Notes: generated by a model from the sequence alone, not told the origin. A stretch of DNA of 60,081 nt from Candidatus Collierbacteria bacterium RIFCSPLOWO2_01_FULL_50_23 (GCA_001774555.1 MFAI01000018.1:873-60953); one strand, 5' to 3'. Counted from the stretch's first letter, positions 26,767-35,998 are shown. A program made the numbers and translations.

Positions 26767-26819
26767 TCTCTAATTGTACCTGAGGCTGTTGAATAACTAC
26801 CAAGACTGTCATCCTGAAT

Positions 26820-26848
26820 TTGCTTGATGACCCCATAGGAGTTATAAT
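26820..26848 (+). promoter_or_regulatory. sigma70-type promoter (TTGCTT-N17-TATAAT)
   Basis: ttgctt at 26820-26825, a 17-nt spacer, tataat at 26843-26848. Followed by a small hairpin tttcaa/ttgaaa and a strong SD (aaaggagg). Confidence 0.5.
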
Positions 26849-26899
26849 TTGTTTCAAGCAGATTGAAATTTACATAGTGCCGAAAAAAAGGAGGTCCCT

Positions 26900-27172
26900 A
26901 TGGACATCGGCATGATCTTGTACGACGACGACCCGAAAATGTTGTTTGACCAAAAGGTTACCCGCGCCGCAGATTACTACAAAAGCAAATACGGCGTAGT
27001 GCCCAATGTTTGTTTCGTTCACCCCAGCCTGTTGGGGTGCCCAGAAAAAATCATTGGGGAAGTCACGGTGCGTCGGTCTCGGATTGTGATGCCCAACCAC
27101 TTCTGGCTAGGCGTCGAAGAGATGGCTAAGCCCCTCAAGGCTCCGCCCCTTCGCCGCCCCAATCACAAATGA
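26900..27172 (+). CDS. small hypothetical protein (90 aa)
   Basis: AAAGGAGG lies 6 nt upstream of the ATG and a consensus promoter lies upstream. No family recognised. Confidence 0.55.
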   Translation: MDIGMILYDDDPKMLFDQKVTRAADYYKSKYGVVPNVCFVHPSLLGCPEKIIGEVTVRRSRIVMPNHFWLGVEEMAKPLKAPPLRRPNHK

Positions 27173-27176
27173 TCTG

Positions 27177-27208
27177 CACAAAACCTCCCCGCCCTTCGGG
27201 GCGGGGAG
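27177..27208 (-). terminator. GC-rich hairpin with UUCG/CGAA tetraloop between convergent genes
   Basis: Stem cctccccgccc / gggcggggagg (27183-27208) with loop ttcg. On the minus strand it is followed by TTTGTG, so it probably terminates the VanW-family gene and may act in both directions. Confidence 0.5.
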
Positions 27209-27217
27209 GCCCACTCC

Positions 27218-28990
27218 CTAGTTGCTGGCCAACTGTCCCGTTCCAACCAGGTAGATCGCCGCCCATGGCTGGTAGGTAGAGTAAAACGTTCGGTCCTGTA
27301 GCACCTCGCTTCCTCTGGCAACTTTGTAGTCAAATGAAACCCTTGCTCCGGGAGCACTCCAATCAACTTGTTGTTTCGTTCCCAACGGCAAGCTTGGGTC
27401 ATCTTGGTAGATCGTAGCTAGCGCCGGAGTTTGCGAATAGATCTTTGCCGGAGATATTGTCGTCACTCGGCCATCGCTAGTGCCGTAGATTTCGTATCGC
27501 ATCGAAAGATTTTTCGCGTCCACTTTAGTTTGGATCAGCAGATAACCGGGCGTATCGTTGATGAATTTCAAATCGGTACTTGGGAAGAACACGGTCGCGT
27601 CATAGCCAGGTCCCATATCCTGCTCGTAGTAACCCACCCTGTAAGCGTGGGCTTTTCTTTCGACGACTGGCAGTCCTGCGTTTAGGATAGCCCGGAAAAG
27701 CGTCGTCGACACTTGGCAAACCCCGCCGCCGTCCCCCAAAACAGTCCTTCCTTCTGAGATCACGTAAGCCTCACGGTAACCGGTTGATCGTGAGATATCG
27801 CCGATAGTTTGGCCCAGGGAAAATGTTTCTCCCGGAGCGACCAGTGCTCCGTTCAGCCTCGACGAAGCTAGTGTCAGGTTGTGAATCCGGTTCGGAATTG
27901 AATGGGCAAACTTGGAAGTACCGACTCCGACCAATATCTTTATACCCAGGTTGTTGATGTCTCCGGCCTTGATCTTCGGTTCGGTTGTTACTGTCGGTAT
28001 TTCTAGGTCAGTCACATTTCCCGCCTGGACCGTTTGGGCTAGTTTCAAAGCAAAGGTACCTTCGTCGAGCTTGATGCCGATGACCTCGGGAGAGAATTCA
28101 ACCACCCTGCCCTCAGCAAAGTTAAAGACGGCATTCTTTGCCTCAACTTCCACATTCGGCTTGACCAGTTTGGTGAGTCTATCGACTTCGTTACCGTTTA
28201 TCGAGGTCCTTGCCAGCCCGATCAGTTTGAAGATATCCTCAGGTGCCAGAACCAGAGCGTAGTCGCGATAAAATATCCGCAAATTCCTACCCTTCCATTT
28301 GCTTGCCGTTTCCAGAGCCTGGTTAACCATCGCGTTGTCGATCGCCGAGGACTCAACGCGCGTCAAGATCTCGATCTCGTGGTTCCCTGGCATCGTCAAC
28401 TTGCTGACGATGTCAGCAAGAAGCAGCTCCTCATCCACAGAAAGACCGTCGACCCCTGGCTCGATTCTGATTTCACCGCTCCAGTCAATCTTAATCTTTG
28501 GTGAGATGCTGTCTTGGTTGATACTGCCTGCCGCCCTTGCGATCATTCCGGAAAGTGCATCCGCATCGTAACTGATCGGCAGGTCAACCTGTTTCGGCTT
28601 GAAAAACATTCGCGTCCTCTCGTTTATTTTGTTTACCACGTTACCGCTTCTGCCGAGTCCCCAGGCCTGCTCCACCGCCCAGTCGAACTCGTACTTTTTT
28701 GAGACCGAGTTTGCGTCCGCGATGTCCTGACCCCGATAAAAAAGCTGCACACTGCTTGGATTGGCCAAAAACTCCATCTCTAGCCTTTTTTCGGCTGAAG
28801 CCTTGTCCATATTCGAAATGTCTACTCCGGAGACCAATACCCGCGGCAATATCACTGTCCGGTAGGCAAACTCATAAGCGACCACGATCACACTCGAAAC
28901 AAGAAAAAGAAAAGAAAAAAGTACACCTACCGTCAGTGCAAAATGATGGCCGACCTTGACGAGGGGATGGTGTTGCCTCATGAACTCCAT
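27218..28990 (-). CDS. VanW-family protein (N-terminal TM anchor)
   Basis: GGGVCQVSTTLFRAILNAGLPVVERKAHAYRVGYYE is the VanW signature. N-terminal TM helix. Confidence 0.8.
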   Translation of the reverse strand: MEFMRQHHPLVKVGHHFALTVGVLFSFLFLVSSVIVVAYEFAYRTVILPRVLVSGVDISNMDKASAEKRLEMEFLANPSSVQLFYRGQDIADANSVSKKYEFDWAVEQAWGLGRSGNVVNKINERTRMFFKPKQVDLPISYDADALSGMIARAAGSINQDSISPKIKIDWSGEIRIEPGVDGLSVDEELLLADIVSKLTMPGNHEIEILTRVESSAIDNAMVNQALETASKWKGRNLRIFYRDYALVLAPEDIFKLIGLARTSINGNEVDRLTKLVKPNVEVEAKNAVFNFAEGRVVEFSPEVIGIKLDEGTFALKLAQTVQAGNVTDLEIPTVTTEPKIKAGDINNLGIKILVGVGTSKFAHSIPNRIHNLTLASSRLNGALVAPGETFSLGQTIGDISRSTGYREAYVISEGRTVLGDGGGVCQVSTTLFRAILNAGLPVVERKAHAYRVGYYEQDMGPGYDATVFFPSTDLKFINDTPGYLLIQTKVDAKNLSMRYEIYGTSDGRVTTISPAKIYSQTPALATIYQDDPSLPLGTKQQVDWSAPGARVSFDYKVARGSEVLQDRTFYSTYQPWAAIYLVGTGQLASN

Positions 28991-29032
28991 CTTATCCTAT
29001 TGCTACGTATCCTTGGTATACTTAAATGAGCT

Positions 29033-30520
29033 ATGGCCAATGAATTTCCTCTACCCAGTCCATTTCCCGGTACCCAAATGCCGACCGACTCGGGAACCTT
29101 GCCCCCTCCAGAAGAAAACCCAGCTGTTCCACCGGCCTATCAGCCTCCCCAGCCCGCCGTTGCCCCCCAAATCAAAGGTTTTCACTTCAAGTTCATTGTT
29201 CCGGTAGCCATCGGCCTCGCGGTCATTGGTGTGATCATTTTTGTTGTCAGCCGTTTCCTGGCCGGTATAAAACCCACTTCCAAAAGCACCGACAAAGCTC
29301 AGGCAATCACCATCAACTACTGGGGACTATGGGAGACTTCGGCGATTATGAAACCGGTCATAGATGCCTTTGAGGCCGCCAACCCGGGCATCAAAGTCAA
29401 TTACCAGCTCCAGTCCCAACAGGACTATCAGGACCGGCTTCAAACCGCCATCGCCGGCACTACCGCCCCGGACGTTGCTCGGATTCATAGCACCTGGCTT
29501 CCTCTGTTTATCAAGAATCTACTGCCGGCCCCGGCCAATACCGTCTCCGCTACCGAAATCCAAACCAATTTCTACCCTGTCGTCGGCAACACCGTTCTGG
29601 TCAACGGCCAGGTCTTCGGCGTTCCAATGAACCTCGATGGTTTGGTGTTATTTATCAACACGAACATCCTTAGGCAAGCCAATTTATCAGCGCCGACCAA
29701 CTGGGTCGAGCTGTCCACTATCGCCAAAACACTCACCCTTCGGGATCAGGTCACCGGCAAGATCACCCGCGCCGGCGTCGCACTCGGAAATACGGTCAAC
29801 ATCCGTTTCTGGCCGGACATCGTTACCCTCATGATTCTTCAACGCGGACTTAATCCTCTCCAGCCCGACGACAGATTGATTGGTACAGATGTTTTACCTT
29901 TCTATGCTTCTTTTGCCCTCCCCGGCCAATACTGGGACGAAACCATGCCGGATTCTGTTGTTGCCTTTGCCAACGAAAAGGTTGCCGTCATTATTGCTCC
30001 GCTCTGGGTCGTTCCCGAAATTTCCGCCATCAACCCCGCACTTATCTGGCAAACCGCCCCAATTCCCCAGCTTCCAGACGTCGAGCCGGTCAACTGGGCC
30101 ACCATGTGGACTGAAATTGTCCCCAAGAACACACCCCATCCACAAGAGGCTTGGAAATTCGTTAGCTACTTAGCCTCCGCCAAGGCCCAACAGCTTCTTT
30201 TTGAATCCGCCATTAAAGAAAGAAACCTGGCCCAGATCCCGGCGAATAAGGCCGTCGCTCAAATCGCTTCCCAAAATCCCGTCAACGCCGCCCTGGTTCC
30301 AGGTCTGGCCAATGCCAAGACTTTTTATACGGCCACCCTCACCCACGACAACGAAACTGCCCTGAACTCTCGCCTGATCAAGTATCTTGAGGACGCCGTC
30401 AACTCCACCATCAAGAGACAAGACCCGGTAAAAATCGTCGAAACTCTCAATCTCGGTTTCAACCAGGTTCTTTCCCAATATCGTCTCGTTAACCCACTGC
30501 CGACCCCCACCGGTCAGTAG
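29033..30520 (+). CDS. extracellular solute-binding protein (ABC family 1), membrane-anchored, no permease or ATPase adjacent
   Basis: Pro-rich N-terminus and a TM helix, then ITINYWGLWETSAIMKPVIDAFEAANPGIKVNYQ...DVARIHSTWLP. Confidence 0.7.
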   Translation: MANEFPLPSPFPGTQMPTDSGTLPPPEENPAVPPAYQPPQPAVAPQIKGFHFKFIVPVAIGLAVIGVIIFVVSRFLAGIKPTSKSTDKAQAITINYWGLWETSAIMKPVIDAFEAANPGIKVNYQLQSQQDYQDRLQTAIAGTTAPDVARIHSTWLPLFIKNLLPAPANTVSATEIQTNFYPVVGNTVLVNGQVFGVPMNLDGLVLFINTNILRQANLSAPTNWVELSTIAKTLTLRDQVTGKITRAGVALGNTVNIRFWPDIVTLMILQRGLNPLQPDDRLIGTDVLPFYASFALPGQYWDETMPDSVVAFANEKVAVIIAPLWVVPEISAINPALIWQTAPIPQLPDVEPVNWATMWTEIVPKNTPHPQEAWKFVSYLASAKAQQLLFESAIKERNLAQIPANKAVAQIASQNPVNAALVPGLANAKTFYTATLTHDNETALNSRLIKYLEDAVNSTIKRQDPVKIVETLNLGFNQVLSQYRLVNPLPTPTGQ

Positions 30521-30521
30521 T

Positions 30522-31397
30522 ATGAGAAAACTGAAAGAGGCCGTAGTCCTCACCCAAAAGTACGCCGCCTATTTTCATGGCCATCTCACTGATGCAGATC
30601 TTCATCGCTGGTTGATTTCTGACAAAACTTATTCAACAGAAATCACCAAAAGGCTCTTTCCTCAAAAACCATCAAATCGCCCAAATTTCTCCGTGGCAAA
30701 ATTATCCCTGGCCAAAAAAGTTGTCAGACTCTTAACCTTGGTACCAACCGTGTCAACAATCGCCATTACCGGTTCACTAGCCGTTGGTAATGCCAAAGTC
30801 GACGATGATATTGACCTTATGGTTATCACCCGCCCTGATGCACTCTGGCTGACCCGACTCGTCGTCATCCCACTTCTTGGCCTTTTTTTCAAACGACGCC
30901 TGCCCGCCAAAATCGGGAAGTTTCAAGTGGGTCCAAATCAAATTAAGGACTCGGTCTGCATGAACCTTTGGCTGGATGAATCCGCCCTTCCTGTTCCTCC
31001 TGACAAGAGAAATCTCTACACTGCTCACGAAGTCCTCCAGGCCCTACCCCTCTTCGATCGGGGAGGTATCTATCGGAGGTTTATTCAGGCCAACACCTGG
31101 ACAAAAAAATACCTCGCCAACGCCTACCAAATTGCCCTCAAAAACGAGGGTGAAGATCGGTGGAGCAACGTAATTTTAGCGCCCACAGGGGTGCCGCCCC
31201 GTAACCGGGGAAGGCGTCGAGGACGCATAAAATTCATGTTGCGAACCGTAACAGCCTTGTTAAATATTGCAGCCTTCAAGCTTCAGTATCTCTACATGAA
31301 AAAACGCATTACCCACGAAACCATCTCTCTTCACGCTGCCTACTTCCACCCCCGCGATCTCTCGGTAAAACTTAGAGAACACCTTGGGATATACTAG
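30522..31397 (+). CDS. nucleotidyltransferase-fold (Pol-beta superfamily) protein
   Basis: The GS-x(n)-DxD motif is present as ITGSLAVGNAKVDDDIDLMVIT. Confidence 0.55.
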   Translation: MRKLKEAVVLTQKYAAYFHGHLTDADLHRWLISDKTYSTEITKRLFPQKPSNRPNFSVAKLSLAKKVVRLLTLVPTVSTIAITGSLAVGNAKVDDDIDLMVITRPDALWLTRLVVIPLLGLFFKRRLPAKIGKFQVGPNQIKDSVCMNLWLDESALPVPPDKRNLYTAHEVLQALPLFDRGGIYRRFIQANTWTKKYLANAYQIALKNEGEDRWSNVILAPTGVPPRNRGRRRGRIKFMLRTVTALLNIAAFKLQYLYMKKRITHETISLHAAYFHPRDLSVKLREHLGIY

Positions 31398-31402
31398 TAT
31401 CG

Positions 31403-32161
31403 ATGCAGCCTTCGCTTTTTATTACCTATATTTATCAGCCATTCTTTAATATTCTTGTTTTTATCTACTGGGCCCTCGGCCAAGCCGGTATTTCTGATAT
31501 GGGCATCGCCGTTATCATTTTCGCCGTCGTTGTCCAGATCATCCTGCTACCCCTAAACCTCTCCGCTGACCGCTCCGAGAAGGAAAAGGCAGCTATCGCC
31601 GCCAAAATCAAAGAGATCGAGCGGAAACATCGTTTTGATCCGGTTAAACTGCGCTCGGAAAGCAAGGAAGTTATGCGTAGCAACCCCGGTGCTGTGGTTG
31701 GCGAAACTATCAACATCATAATCCAGGTCATCATCGTTCTCATGCTCTATCGCATCTTCAAAACCGGGCTTGAGGGCGAGGATCTCCACCTGCTCTATTC
31801 CTTCATGCCCGAAATCAAGACCCCGATCAATTTGGTTTTCTTGGGTAAATTTGATCTTTCCCAAACCAATGGCACGCTCAACCTGATCCAATCCCTGTTG
31901 ATTTTTGCCATCGAGGCCCTTCACATGCTTTTCTCGCCCGATGCCACCAGTCGGCGTCAGTTCCTCCAACTGGCTATCTTCTTGCCCATTACCGCCTTTC
32001 TCGTCTTCATCTTTCTCCCCGCCGGCAAGAAGCTTTTCATTATCACCTCGCTTCTCTTCTCTATCTTTGTTTTGTTGATTAAGCAAGCCCTATTTTGGTA
32101 TCATACTCTTACAGGAGAGATCTCACCTCATTTAGAAGAGCAAAAGACCCCTACCTCCTAA
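31403..32161 (+). CDS. second YidC/Oxa1-family insertase paralogue
   Basis: IYQPFFNILVFIY...MGIAVIIFAVVVQIILLPLNLSADRSEKEKAAIAAKIKEIERKH...MRSNPGAVVGETINIIIQVIIVLMLYRIF follows the YidC core pattern. Confidence 0.65.
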   Translation: MQPSLFITYIYQPFFNILVFIYWALGQAGISDMGIAVIIFAVVVQIILLPLNLSADRSEKEKAAIAAKIKEIERKHRFDPVKLRSESKEVMRSNPGAVVGETINIIIQVIIVLMLYRIFKTGLEGEDLHLLYSFMPEIKTPINLVFLGKFDLSQTNGTLNLIQSLLIFAIEALHMLFSPDATSRRQFLQLAIFLPITAFLVFIFLPAGKKLFIITSLLFSIFVLLIKQALFWYHTLTGEISPHLEEQKTPTS

Positions 32162-32164
32162 AAT

Positions 32165-32773
32165 ATGGCTGATTTTGATAAACTAGTGGTTGGTTTTCTC
32201 GTGGACGAGGTTGTCGGAGGTTTCTTCATTTCCGTGCCCCCGGGGCACATCGCCTGTGTTTACGATCGAGGCTACGGCGTCTTGAAAAAAGTCTGGGGTC
32301 CCGGTCTCCATCTCAAGATCCCGTTCTGGCAGGTAGCCAAGCTCTTCAATGCCCAAATTCTCGAGTACACCATCCGCCACGGTTTCGATATCAACAACAA
32401 AGAGTCTTTGGGAGATGAGCCAATTTTAACCACGACCAAGGATGGTAAAAGCATCAGCATCGAGGGTTCGATTCTTCTCCGCATCGACAAAGCCAACGCT
32501 CCGGAGCTCTGGGAGAACATCGGCGACAACTTTATCAGCAAGGTCGTCCGTCCCTACAGCCGTTCCCGCATCAGCCATGTTCTTTCCGAAGTGAACAGCA
32601 AAGATATTCCTCACTCTCGTTCCGGCATCGAGGAGACCCTGAAGAACGAGCTCAACCAGCTCTTCGCAGACAAGGGAATTGTCGTCGAAGGCGTCCTTCT
32701 TTCCGAAGTCAAGATCCTCGAAAACACTGCTCAGACCGAACGCATCGTTTTTGCCGCTCCCGCCAAGGCATAA
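32165..32773 (+). CDS. SPFH/Band-7 (prohibitin-like) domain protein
   Basis: GHIACVYDRGYGVLKKVWGPGLHLKIPFWQVAKLFNAQILEYT. Confidence 0.7.
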   Translation: MADFDKLVVGFLVDEVVGGFFISVPPGHIACVYDRGYGVLKKVWGPGLHLKIPFWQVAKLFNAQILEYTIRHGFDINNKESLGDEPILTTTKDGKSISIEGSILLRIDKANAPELWENIGDNFISKVVRPYSRSRISHVLSEVNSKDIPHSRSGIEETLKNELNQLFADKGIVVEGVLLSEVKILENTAQTERIVFAAPAKA

Positions 32774-32790
32774 TCCTTTATACTTAACTC

Positions 32791-35616
32791 ATGCCCGAAA
32801 TCACCTCTCGTGCCGTCCTCGAAATTCGCCCCGCCAAGGACTCCCTCGTCACTTATGAGAATTTTGTCCACGTTTTGGCGTCCCTAAGGAATACTCTGAA
32901 AACCTCCCTCCTTCTTCGGCTCTTTGGCAAGCTCGATACTATTACTCTCGAGATGGCCAGCCTGAACCAGACGATCTACTTCGTCGTCACTTGTCCGGAA
33001 AAAATCGCCCCCCTGGTCAAAGCTCAGATTGCCGCTCAGTATCCTGACGCCATCATTACCCACATGAATGACTATATGGAGCCCTGGCTGACCCACGGTG
33101 CCCAGACCTTGACCCAGCTTTCTCTTGCCGCCCCCTATTATCTGCCCTTGAATACGATTGCCGGCAAGGCTCCGGACCCACTCTCGTCCATCCTCGGGGT
33201 CTTGGGAAAATTACCGGCCAATCAGGGTGGAATCATCCAGTTTTGTCTTTCGGCTGCTCCCGGTGGCTGGGCCAATTATGCCCGCGCCTTAGCCCACGAG
33301 GGCATCCAAACTGCCCCCGAGAAAAAAGAGGCTCACCCCCAAAAAGCGCTGATCGAGGGGAAGATCGCCTTGCCTGGGTTTAACGTCGACATCCGGGTCG
33401 CAGGTGTGGCCCCCGATCAGGCTCAAGCTGACCTGATCGTCATCCAAATAGCGACTTCCTTTGGTGTCTATTCTCTGGCCGAAGGCAACTCTCTTAAATC
33501 AAGAAAGAAGAAACTAAGTCTTGCCTCCAAAAACAAATTGACCAAAGCCATGATCAGCCGCTCCGCCGACTATACCCCGGCGCACCAGCATCTCAATCTC
33601 TTGGAAATTGCCTCTCTCTATCATTTCCCCAACGTTGATCTCATTGGACTTCGAAATATAGCCTGGGGGAAAACCTTAAAAGGGGAACCTCCTGGTAATC
33701 TCCCCGTCGCTGAAGGACTCACCGATGAAGAGAAATCCAAGATCAATTTCTTTGCCCGCACCGAGTACAAAAACCGGATGGCTATTTTCGGCATCAAGAA
33801 CGGAGAAGATCGCCGTCGTCACGTCTATATTCTTGGCAAATCCGGTACCGGAAAGTCTACCCTCATCGCCAATATGGCGATCGCGGACATCAGGAATCGA
33901 GCCGGCGTCGCCGTTATCGACCCTCATGGTGACCTCTCCGATATTCTGCTTGACTTCATCCCTAGTTACCGCGTCAACGATGTGGCCTATCTCGATCCGA
34001 GCACCAAAGATACTTCTTTCCACCTGAACCCACTGTTCGTCAAAAACCCCGAGCACCGTGAGCTGGTCGCCTCAGGTATCGTTGGTATCTTCTACAAACT
34101 TTATGGCAATTCCTGGGGCCCCCGTCTCGAATACTTACTGCGAAACGCCGTTCTCACTCTGGTTCAACGCCAGGGCAGTACTCTCGTTGACGTGATTCGA
34201 CTCCTCACCGATAAGAAATTCAGAGACAAGTTCCTCGAGACGGTTGACGACCCCGTCCTCGTCGACTTCTGGAAACTTGAGTACGATTCCTATACCGAGA
34301 AATTCCGAAACGAAGCGATCTCGCCTATCCTCAACAAGGTCGGCCAGTTCGTCACCAGTCCGACCATCAGAAATATCATCGCTCATCCCACCAACTCGGT
34401 CGACCTCGAGGAAATGATGAACGAAGGTAAGATCATCATCCTCAATCTCGCTCAGGGCAAGATCGGTGAGGATAACGCCGCCCTCTTGGGCGCCATGGTC
34501 ATCAGTCAACTCCAGATCGCCGCGATGAACCGCGTCAACATCGCCAAGGAGGATCGCCGTGATTTCTTCCTCTATGTTGACGAGTTCCAGAACTTTGCTA
34601 CTACCTCCTTTATCAAGATCCTTTCCGAGGCACGTAAATTCCGCCTCAACCTGATTCTGACCAATCAGTACACCGCCCAGCTTCCCGAAGATATCCAAAA
34701 AGCTATTTTTGGCAACGCCGGTACAATTGTTAGCTTCGTCGTTGGCGCCGATGACGCCAACCGGCTCATCGCCGAAACAGGCAAAACCTATACCCAGGAT
34801 GATCTCGTCAGTTTGGTCCGTTATCAAATTATCCTAAAACTCGCCATCGACGAATCCATTTCTCTTCCTTTCCCGGCTTACACTCTGGCTCTGCCTTTTA
34901 GCAAGAACCAGAACCGCGACAAGGTGCTTCGTGCCTCGTTCGAACGCTACTATAGAAAGCGGGATGCACCTGATACTTCCACTCTCACCTATGCCATTCC
35001 TGTTTCCGAGGCAAAACCTACTATCACCCCCCCTCCCGCACAATCCAATAAGGAAGTACCTCCGCCTCCGGTCGGGAGACCCGGCGAGCCCCTTACCATT
35101 CCAACCCTCGCCGAAATAGACCAAGCTCGCTTCGGGGGCTTTCGCCCCGAGGTCGTCGGTTGCTTGATAAACGACAAGAAAATTCTCTTTGTCTACCAAA
35201 AAAAGCATGATCTTTGGATGTTTCCTCAGGGAGGTGTCGAAAACAAAGAAGACCTCTTGGCTAGTGCAAATCGGGAGATGGGGGAGGAGTTGGGAGAGGA
35301 CTTCATCCATCACGCTAACGTCAACTTCACTTATGTTGCCACTGAAAAAGTCGAATTTCCCAAGGACAAGATTGGCGACCGTCCCATGAGGACCGACGAC
35401 GGCCAGTCGGTTGTCATGAAAGGGAAGAAGTATTACTTCCTCGCGACCCAAACCAACTCAGCAGAACTCAATCTCAAGTCTACTCAGTTTGATGACTACC
35501 GCTGGCTCACTTACGACGAGGCCATCAAACTTGTGAAAGAAAATAATACCGGCGGCCGCCTCCGCATCACCATCAAAGCCCTCAACACAATGAAGGGTGA
35601 AGGCCTGATCGACTAG
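32791..35616 (+). CDS. VirD4/TraD-like type IV coupling-protein ATPase fused to a C-terminal Nudix hydrolase domain
   Basis: Walker A YILGKSGTGKSTLIANM and Walker B FFLYVDEFQNF. RKFRLNLILTNQYTAQL...FGNAGTIVSF is typical of TrwB/TraD-type proteins. A Pro-rich linker follows, then the Nudix box GGVENKEDLLASANREMGEELGE (35230-35298). Confidence 0.75.
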   Translation: MPEITSRAVLEIRPAKDSLVTYENFVHVLASLRNTLKTSLLLRLFGKLDTITLEMASLNQTIYFVVTCPEKIAPLVKAQIAAQYPDAIITHMNDYMEPWLTHGAQTLTQLSLAAPYYLPLNTIAGKAPDPLSSILGVLGKLPANQGGIIQFCLSAAPGGWANYARALAHEGIQTAPEKKEAHPQKALIEGKIALPGFNVDIRVAGVAPDQAQADLIVIQIATSFGVYSLAEGNSLKSRKKKLSLASKNKLTKAMISRSADYTPAHQHLNLLEIASLYHFPNVDLIGLRNIAWGKTLKGEPPGNLPVAEGLTDEEKSKINFFARTEYKNRMAIFGIKNGEDRRRHVYILGKSGTGKSTLIANMAIADIRNRAGVAVIDPHGDLSDILLDFIPSYRVNDVAYLDPSTKDTSFHLNPLFVKNPEHRELVASGIVGIFYKLYGNSWGPRLEYLLRNAVLTLVQRQGSTLVDVIRLLTDKKFRDKFLETVDDPVLVDFWKLEYDSYTEKFRNEAISPILNKVGQFVTSPTIRNIIAHPTNSVDLEEMMNEGKIIILNLAQGKIGEDNAALLGAMVISQLQIAAMNRVNIAKEDRRDFFLYVDEFQNFATTSFIKILSEARKFRLNLILTNQYTAQLPEDIQKAIFGNAGTIVSFVVGADDANRLIAETGKTYTQDDLVSLVRYQIILKLAIDESISLPFPAYTLALPFSKNQNRDKVLRASFERYYRKRDAPDTSTLTYAIPVSEAKPTITPPPAQSNKEVPPPPVGRPGEPLTIPTLAEIDQARFGGFRPEVVGCLINDKKILFVYQKKHDLWMFPQGGVENKEDLLASANREMGEELGEDFIHHANVNFTYVATEKVEFPKDKIGDRPMRTDDGQSVVMKGKKYYFLATQTNSAELNLKSTQFDDYRWLTYDEAIKLVKENNTGGRLRITIKALNTMKGEGLID

Positions 35617-35640
35617 CTCGCTTGTGCTAAAGTTTATCTA

Positions 35641-35958
35641 ATGCCCCGCGCAAAGAAAAGCGAAGACCAACCCTGGCTGAGATATGTTGTTTTACCCATT
35701 CTCTTGATTCTTTTTGGGCTCGAAGCCAGCTACCTCTATCTTTCTCGGGTCAAAGCTCCTCCTGCCCCGGAATCTCCAACCATCACCTCGACCCCAACTC
35801 CTACCCCAACTCCTACCCCTCCGCCTTACAGTTGCCTCGAAGGCGGCTGGGTTAGCTGCATGCCAATGCTTTCGCCCGAGGGGGCCAGAAATTGCACTCC
35901 TGAAGCTCTGGCCTGGTTCAAAAATAATTGCCCCAACTTCGAGGGCATCGCCTACTAG
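35641..35958 (+). CDS. small membrane-anchored Cys-containing protein
   Basis: TM helix VVLPILLILFGLEASYLYL, a (TP)n linker, and a C-terminal domain with 4 Cys. Confidence 0.5.
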   Translation: MPRAKKSEDQPWLRYVVLPILLILFGLEASYLYLSRVKAPPAPESPTITSTPTPTPTPTPPPYSCLEGGWVSCMPMLSPEGARNCTPEALAWFKNNCPNFEGIAY

Positions 35959-35960
35959 AT

Positions 35961-35989
35961 TTGACAAAAAAACATTCTCGAGCGATACT
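35961..35989 (+). promoter_or_regulatory. sigma70-type promoter (TTGACA-N17-GATACT)
   Basis: ttgaca at 35961-35966 and gatact at 35984-35989. The ATG at 35999 lies only 9 nt after the -10 box. Confidence 0.5.
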
Positions 35990-35998
35990 CATCTGAGT

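Noticed and set aside
27183-27208. Possible member of the palindromic repeat family
   Set aside because: The sequence is different and its position between convergent genes is explained by a simple terminator function.
31190-31225. GC hairpin (ccccg-taac-cgggg) encoding an Arg-rich peptide (PPRNRGRRRGR) inside the nucleotidyltransferase gene
   Set aside because: The stem is only 5 bp and there is no second copy. It shares only ggcgtcgag with the 57701 module. This is insufficient to call an inserted element.
34135-35451. Two long minus-strand ORFs (230 and 205 aa)
   Set aside because: Antisense to the VirD4-like/Nudix gene, which has clear Walker and Nudix motifs. No motifs of their own.
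35714-35998. N-terminal 95 codons of the ORF-track model 35714-36580
   Set aside because: This part overlaps the preceding gene in another frame and precedes a consensus promoter. The signal-peptide ATG at 35999 is the sensible start. The same logic removed the 5' extensions of 45407 (M23), 46176 (gap), 15712 (dnaA), 49465 (UbiA), 53631 (GT-C) and 41989.
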